In this document: positions 57,274 to 64,000 of the stretch, in pieces | Position numbering within the stretch: the first letter of the stretch is position 1 | Layout: each line of letters starts with the position of its first letter | Assembly: GCA_052426225.1 (NCBI GenBank) | Contig: JBNJNM010000011.1 | Location: forward strand, 3,968,001-4,032,000 | From: Zancudomyces culisetae HAW-14-8 | Taxonomy: Eukaryota > Fungi > Kickxellomycota | Reading direction: 5' to 3' | Length of the DNA stretch: 64,000 nt | Translations under genes and position numbers: made by a program | Notes under the pieces: generated by a model | What the model was told of the DNA's origin: nothing | Databases searched by the model: none | Seen by the model: the letters and a program-made list of their open reading frames with translations, nothing else

Positions 57274-57311
57274 ATAAAAAATAAAAATAAAAATAAAAAT
57301 AAAAATAAAAA
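57274..57311. repeat. (TAAAAA)n tract upstream of COX23
   Basis: Tandem A5T units. Confidence 0.75.
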
Positions 57312-57382
57312 CTCCCGCTTTTAATATCTTATAAAAATACCCATCTGCCCATCTCTTCAAACAGCACCAATTCTTCTCAAAA

Positions 57383-57724
57383 ATGTCTGATAAATCTCAA
57401 GATAAATCAACAGAGCGGATTACTCTCCGTGAATTCGAATCAAAGCTTCCTGGAAAATACTTAAATCCCTGCGAACTCGAATCTAGAAACAGTCTCAAAT
57501 GCCTAGAAAAAAACAATTTCGACAAGAAATATTGTAGAGAGTATTTTGAAGCTTATAATGAATGCAAAAAGCTATGGGTAAGTTCAACAAACAAAAAAAC
57601 AACAATAAAGCTTGATAAGATTGTCCATTTGATTCTACTATTATTTTTTTTCTGGTCAACGAATTTTAACATTATATTTAAAATGCATTAGATCAATGAG
57701 CGCAAAAAGGCTAGATTTGGTTAA
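57383..57724 (+). CDS. COX23: Twin-CX9C mitochondrial intermembrane-space protein; exons 57383-57577, 57692-57724
   Basis: KYLNPCELESRNSLKCLEKNNFDKKYCREYFEAYNECKKLW|INERKKARFG*; two CX9C motifs. Confidence 0.85.
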
Positions 57725-58406
57725 TTATGTGGCAGAGGAATTGATATTTTTGAAATTGTGAATTTAACTACGTATTTTGCTTATTTCTGCTCTCGAACAT
57801 GTTTATTATCTTATTTCTACCATTCTTGTTAAAGTACACTAAAATGCGAATCATCAAAATCCTTACTGGGTAAAAGACGCAAATGCAAATCTATTATTTC
57901 GATTACATTTAAACTCCACAAAAAATTCTGGTACACTTTACCTATTTTCTTTTTCTTTTTCTTTTTCTTTCATAACATCATTCCCTTTTTACAACACAAT
58001 TTTGCCTCAGATTTGATATTTATTGAAGGATCTCAAGCCAAAAAAAAAACACACTGAAATCAAGTTCAGAGATCGGCTTAGAAGTGGGTATGGTGCTTTC
58101 ATGAAATTTAGTATAATGTAGCGGATAAAGTATAGTTATAATAGCTAGTGTACTAAAAATATATTTACTTTAGCAAGATGATGTCCAGCACTGATACGCC
58201 GCATTTTGATTTCTTTAGTTTTTCAACAGATACACCATTTTTTTTAATAAAATATAAATATTAATATCAAAGAACATATTAAAAGCATTACCAGTCACAA
58301 ATGCAGATCAAATAGTTTTTTTATCTGCGGAAGCAAAAGGCCAATTAAAGCAAAACAAAAGATCATTAATGGATAGACTAAAAGGTAGTAATATCAGATA
58401 CCGTAT

Positions 58407-59470
58407 TTACTTTGAAGATCTACTAGATCTATGGCGATATCGATCATAGTCCCTGTGATACGATCTCCTGTCCTCATCGTGGTATCCTCGGCTCCTATAT
58501 CTATCGTCATCCCTGTCCCGGTACGAAGATCTCCGATTACCATAGCCGCTTTCTGAATGTTTATACGAGCGTGATCTCGACCGCGATCTTGACCTTGATA
58601 TCGATCTTGACCTTGATTTCCGTCGATACCTTGATTCAGCACCACCACCCCTTGACTTTATTATTTATTATTTTAATAATTGTGTTAGCTTGCCGTTTTC
58701 AAGTGTAGGTGTTTACGATAATGAGCATATACCATACTACTCAGTTCACGCGCCTGTATACAGGATAAATTAAAATAACCCTTTATAAAAAATTCACTTA
58801 CATTGTATTCTGCCAAGGCTTCTCTGATTTTCATGTATCCTTGGTGCTGTTTGCCTTCAATGTGCGCATCCAAGCGCTTGGTATCTTCGTCAGGAACCAA
58901 CAACGCACCACATACATCACAAACCTCCAGCTTTTTTTCATTTTTAAACATGGGATTCACTGCCTTAATTTTTTCCTTCACACCACTGAGTTCGCTTTGC
59001 AATCCCTCGATCTGTGAAGATATTGCCTTTGCTTCGTTTACCTTACCTTCCTCGCCATACTTTTCCGCCTGCTCCAACAGCTGCTTGATTTTCTCTTCAA
59101 TCATGATTGATTTCTCTATCCATTCTTCCTTGTCTGGGTTCAATAGCTTTTCATCAGCCTCAGAGTTTATCCGGTTAAATGCTTGCCTAATTTTTCGATC
59201 CAAATCTGTCAGCAAGATGTGCAATCTCCTGTAAAAGTCTCTCTCGTAGCTCAAGGAGTCTTTATCCCGATACTGCTCGTAATCCCTCTTCAAAGAATCA
59301 TCATGCACCAAGTCGCATGCACCCAAGCCCGCCTTCGTATTGGTAAATTGTAGATTTGGACAGAATCCAACTAAATAATCCTTACATACATCCTTGTCTC
59401 TAAAGTCTTTTTTTTTACCTTCATAGGGAGCCATAAGCTCTTCTAACAGTTTTCTTGCCTGATCCGTCAT
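58407..59470 (-). CDS. LUC7: U1 snRNP-associated LUC7; exons 59470-58802 and 58655-58407 (RS domain)
   Basis: MTDQARKLLEELM, VCKDYLVGFCP...FTNTK..LGAC...H, KLEVCDVCGALL...RLDAHIEGKQHQGY; exon 2 encodes SRSRSISRSRSRSRSRS. Confidence 0.92.
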
Positions 59471-60990
59471 ACTTTTTCTTGACTAACTACACAAATTCCT
59501 TAGCCTTCCCCTTTTGGGTGTATTAATTATTTTATGTTTATTTTTCGAATGAGAAATATTTTCTAACAGTGATCTTTTTCCTAAGTTTCGTGAAATTTTT
59601 TCTACATTATTTTGCTTTTACAAGCAAATTTTATAGCGCCAATAATAACAAAAAAAATTTTCAAACAGTCTAATGCCAAATACCAAAAAATGAGCTGTGA
59701 ATATTTTTACCAAGTACCAATTCCTGCAAAGGGAGACAAACTCCATAACTATAAGGATGTTTGTTCAAGCAAATAACAACTCCGCCGACTCTCAGAAACC
59801 GACCAAATGGCCTCAGTATCTGCACAGTCTTTGCTCAATAATATTGGTGATTCGTAACGGGATGTTATTTGTTGCTTTTTCTGCCTAGGAGCATAAGGAG
59901 CATATTTGTGGATTATCTCATGTGGATAAGTGGCGGATAACAGCTTTCTACTACTGATTGATTTTTACATAAAAGTATGCGTATATAACACGTATATGTA
60001 AACCAAAACGAATACTCCAAACATATTTTTCGTTTTTTTGCTTTTGGAATAGACTCAAAAGCGAGTCATTATTTTCAAAGGTGAAAAAATATGGAAAACG
60101 CGTGATTCCACAGGCTCATAACAACCTACAGTAATTGGAGGTGTGACTTTATAATTGTTATTATTTTCTACACCATCTACTGCCTGTAACCTCCTTTTTC
60201 AGCTACTACATTTGCGTTTAAAAGTATGTTGGCGAATAAAGTATCCTGGAATGAACACTGGTAGGCGAACTCAGAACTGAGTTATTTTTCGAGGTAGCGT
60301 GACCACTCACTGGTTAGTAGCAGCTCCTCAAAGCTGAGCCTTTTGTTGTGTTGCTTATTAATGCTTACCCAGTCCCACAACATCCATATTGTAAATTCGC
60401 TACATTCTGCAAGCAAACCAGACCAATACTCTTACCCACCCTCCTGCCTTCTTTGCGCGCTAAAGAATGAACTCAAAAAGTCAAAATTTTATATTTGAAA
60501 CGAAATATTATGTTTGAAATAAAGACCTTGAAAATGAGCATATTCCAACACATTGGCTCAAATTTAACGGTTTACACATAACTTGCCAAATATACAATAA
60601 AAACCAGCCAAACTCAGGACCAAAAACTGAAGGCGTGGGCTACATTAACTGCAAAAGAGAGAAATGATACTGTTATAGCGAAACTATTGCATAAATATAA
60701 CCAAGTGCATAAAAAGGCTGTAAAAGTGTCTAAAGAGAAAAAAAATCTGATATTCTTCAGATTTCAATAAAAAAATAAAGTAGCACACAAATTTAACCTA
60801 GTAGACACGCGAAACGGCAAGTCTAACGTGTATTCCCTACTCTATTTTATTTTTTACTTTAATTTCAAACAAGACAGATCCCACATAAAATATAAAAATA
60901 ATACGAGCAAAATTCATAATCAGTTCGGAAGGGCAGGGGAAACATCAGCAACAGAACCAATATCAAAAACGACAGCGAAAAAGTATAACT

Positions 60991-62824
60991 ATGGGCCAAG
61001 AGGATTCACAAAATCTGCCGCTCAACTCAAGAGCCGAGGAGGTTGAGCGCCTGGAAATTCCGCAAACCCAGGTTGGTGTTTTCGAAGTTAAACAGCCATA
61101 TGAAAGCCAGCTCAGCCAGCATGGAAGTACAACCCAAAGGAAACGTCGCATGCAAACAAGAGCTTGGGATTTGGGAATAACAGTACTGTTACTAGTAGTG
61201 GTGACATTAATCGGTGCCGGTATCAACAAAAAGGCTGTCTACGGAACACGTGATACCAGTGTATGGGAGCCATCAATCAGAGAGCAGACGCAAGGAGAAA
61301 AATCAAAAGTGGTAAAGAGTAGGCAACCCCTGTTGATATTGGTATCTATTGACGGATTTAAACCAAGCTACCTGAGTTATAAAAATACACCAAACCTTCT
61401 GAGCATATGTCACAGTAAGGAAGGAGCGCTATGTCCACAGTTCATGAGACCAAGCTTCCCGGTAGGTGCTTATTCATTATATTTTTTATCATCTAGTATG
61501 GTATCATAAAACAGCTATAGTAAGGATAATAGCTAACAAATAAATATTGATGCATGGGTGTTTAGAGTTCGACATTTCCGAACCACTATACAATAGTGAC
61601 AGGGTTGTACCCAGAAAGCCATGGGATAGTGGGAAATGTATTTTATGATCCACAGCTCAATGATACATTTGTATACAAAGATCCAAAAAAGAGCTGGGAT
61701 AGTAAATGGTGGAAGGGAGAACCAGTAAGTATGATGCGCTAATTTTACAATATGGTTTGTATAAGTATTGATACCGTCGTGAGGACGAACTGATAGATAT
61801 ATTGATGCGAACCTGATAATAGATATGGGTAAGCGCTGAGAAGCAAGGAATAAAGACTGCTGTATACATGTGGCCAGGGTCGACAACAAGGATCCAAGGA
61901 ATACTTCCTACATACTTGAAAGAGTTCAAAATGGGTGTTACAGCGATGGCCAAGTTTCAGCAAGTAGTGGAATGGACAAAAATGGATGGGGATAAAAGGC
62001 CAGGGTTCATAGCAACATATATACCCGAAGTCGATCAAGCGGGGCACGGATACGGGCCAAATAGTGTGGAGGTGGAGCACCAAGTCAAGATAGTTGATAA
62101 AGCTATTGGATACTTGCGAAGGGAACTGGTAGGATTGGATTACGAGATTATGGTGGTTAGCGACCATGGAATGACAACATCACGTATCCCGAAGGATTAT
62201 GTATACATAGAAGATTTGTTTTTAGATGAGGAGTTGGTTAATAATGTATGTGGACTTTATTTGTGGCCTATCGGAGGAATAGTTCCGTGTGACCCAGCAG
62301 CGACAGAGTTACTCTATAACAAACTAAAACAGAGTCTTAAAGGCAACAAGAAATTACAACACGCGATACAGGGTGTATACCTCAAACACGAAATCCCTGA
62401 GCGACTCCATTACTCCTCAGCAAGTAACCAACGGATTCCACCAATTTTGATATTGTCACGGCCGCCATTTATTATAACATCACGGAAGATCAACCCTGAT
62501 TCGGTAATGATGACAGCGAATAACAGAAGCATGGGGGGAGACCACCACGACATACCGGAGTTTTATGATATGGATATGGATATGGATATGGACATGGACA
62601 ATAAACGTAGTAGCCGCATTATTGGTACTCACGGATATGACAATGTGGTTGAAGATATGCAAGCAATGTTTATTTCATCGATCCAAATCAAAAATACAAA
62701 AACTAGACAAAAGCTATATAAAAAAATCAAAAACGTCGACTTGTATAATCTGATGTGTTTGATGTTGGATATCACACCAGCGCCAAACAATGGAACCACA
62801 TATTCTATCTCCAATCACATATAA
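60991..62824 (+). CDS. NPP1: Ectonucleotide pyrophosphatase/phosphodiesterase (type II membrane); exons 60991-61461, 61566-61724, 61823-62824
   Basis: Transmembrane segment, LVSIDGF, PSFP|SSTFPNHYTIVTGLYPESHGIVGN, WWKGEP|IW, VDQAGHGYGP, VVSDHGM, GTHGYDN, PNNGT. Confidence 0.9.
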
Positions 62825-62911
62825 ATTTATCTAAACCCATTTGATTCTATTCAAGGCTTTTATTTACTAGCAATAAAGGCGTTGTATACTTTTTTTTTTT
62901 TGAAAATATAT

Positions 62912-64000
62912 TCAATTCATGCAATACAGATCGGGTAAAATTTGCGACCAAAATTCGTTCGATTTTTCTAGATATGAGATATAGCTTTTGCTGAGCGCTT
63001 TTAGACACCTGGTTAAATCACTTTGCTTTATGTGTTGGAATATCGCGTATTCGTTTTCTACACATGTTGAGAATTCGTTCTTTTCCTCTAGTGCCATATC
63101 CACCGCATTGTCCAGCTCTTTCAATCGCGAGTTTAGCCCGTTAATACGCGTTTGTCGTGATACGGCGGGGTCAATCCCTTGTATGTCTCTGATTTTTCCG
63201 CGCACATAGTTGGTAAACATCGACACACCTGTTGCTGACTGGTAGTTAAGCAGTCGATTGAGTTCAGTAGACGTTTTTTCTTTGTATACAATCAAGTCTT
63301 CGTAGACGATCTGTTTCTGGTCACGCAACTTGAGCAACTGTTTAAATGCCTCGCAGTACAAATGAAGCTCCTCCAAATCCATTCCGAATTCTATCTGGAT
63401 TCTATCACTGAGTTTTCGTAGCAGTTTTGCGTTTTCGTTGATTGACACGCTGGTCTTGGACAATATTTGATATAACCCAGTCTCAATCTCGGCTAGTTCA
63501 TTGTACCCCTTTCCTAGCTCATCATATAGCTTTTCAATTTCGTTTTGTGTCTTAGTTACCTTGGTTACCAATTTCTGTGCTTTGCTTATGTAATCTTGAG
63601 TTTTTCCAACACTCAGTTTCATATCTTCGTACTTCTGTTCTCTCTGTTTGACTTTACTAAATGTGTTAACTATTGTGTCACTCAATCCTTCTAAAAGCTC
63701 ACTGCCCTCCTGTTGTTGCTGTTGCTGTTGCTGCTGATTGGTTTGTTGTTGCTGTTGTTGTTTTTTATTGCTCTCATACTGCGAACTCCAATCCTTTGCT
63801 TCTGTAAATGTCGTGAATGCCTTGCTACTTCTCAACTTCGGATGCATGCTAACCCTAATCAGAAACCGTTCCAACATGTGCTTTCGCTTATTCACAAAAT
63901 CCACACCAAATCTGTCTCCCGAAATATACTCAACCCCCGAGCTTTTCGCCAGCGGTGGCACAGCCACGCTGCTATGTTCTTTTACTAGGCTTGAATGCAA
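62912..64000 (-). CDS. SNX4: PX-BAR sorting nexin, 5'-truncated by the window
   Basis: End of PX domain (VPPLAK...GDRFGVDFVNKRKHMLERFLIRVSMHPKL), LEGLSDTIVNTFSKV, BAR helices (LLKLRDQKQ); polyQ insert. Confidence 0.8.
   Translation of the reverse strand: MHSSLVKEHSSVAVPPLAKSSGVEYISGDRFGVDFVNKRKHMLERFLIRVSMHPKLRSSKAFTTFTEAKDWSSQYESNKKQQQQQQTNQQQQQQQQQEGSELLEGLSDTIVNTFSKVKQREQKYEDMKLSVGKTQDYISKAQKLVTKVTKTQNEIEKLYDELGKGYNELAEIETGLYQILSKTSVSINENAKLLRKLSDRIQIEFGMDLEELHLYCEAFKQLLKLRDQKQIVYEDLIVYKEKTSTELNRLLNYQSATGVSMFTNYVRGKIRDIQGIDPAVSRQTRINGLNSRLKELDNAVDMALEEKNEFSTCVENEYAIFQHIKQSDLTRCLKALSKSYISYLEKSNEFWSQILPDLYCMN

Noticed and set aside
1-64000. Selenoprotein, SECIS or tRNA-Sec signals (some early-diverging fungi use Sec), other tRNA/rRNA genes, and CRISPR arrays
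   Set aside because: No in-frame TGA at a redox motif, cloverleaf or regularly spaced repeat array was seen by eye; a covariance-model scan would be needed to exclude small RNAs

Overview
AT-rich, intron-containing eukaryotic DNA. It looks fungal: GT-AG introns with CTAAC/CTGAC-like branch points, and fungal-type PKC1, SPE2, FOL3, COX23, RSC-like and SepH/Cdc7-like genes. It is most consistent with an early-diverging fungus such as a Zoopagomycota/Harpellales-like lineage, but that placement is inference. The window holds about 24 protein genes, mostly housekeeping. Several are spliced and fragmented or missed in the ORF track (APC11, SDF2-like, TRIR-like, DPB3/CHRAC-like, VPS52, MRF1). There is also one decayed non-LTR retroelement 3' end and several simple repeats. 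I saw no rRNA, tRNA or CRISPR. Main observations: (1) APC11 reads in frame only if a single-nucleotide exon (G at 19254) is spliced in between two canonical introns. (2) A secreted precursor with a Kex2-type site ends in a 38-aa core that is 53% tyrosine, a candidate adhesive or wall peptide. (3) An Hsp104/ClpB paralogue has a degenerate NBD1 but an intact NBD2. (4) A hidden TRIR/C19orf43-like gene is present. (5) PKC1 has a PKN-type phosphomimetic hydrophobic motif. (6) The SAM decarboxylase has an acidic insert and short upstream ORFs. All gene identities come from motif recognition by eye, not database searches.
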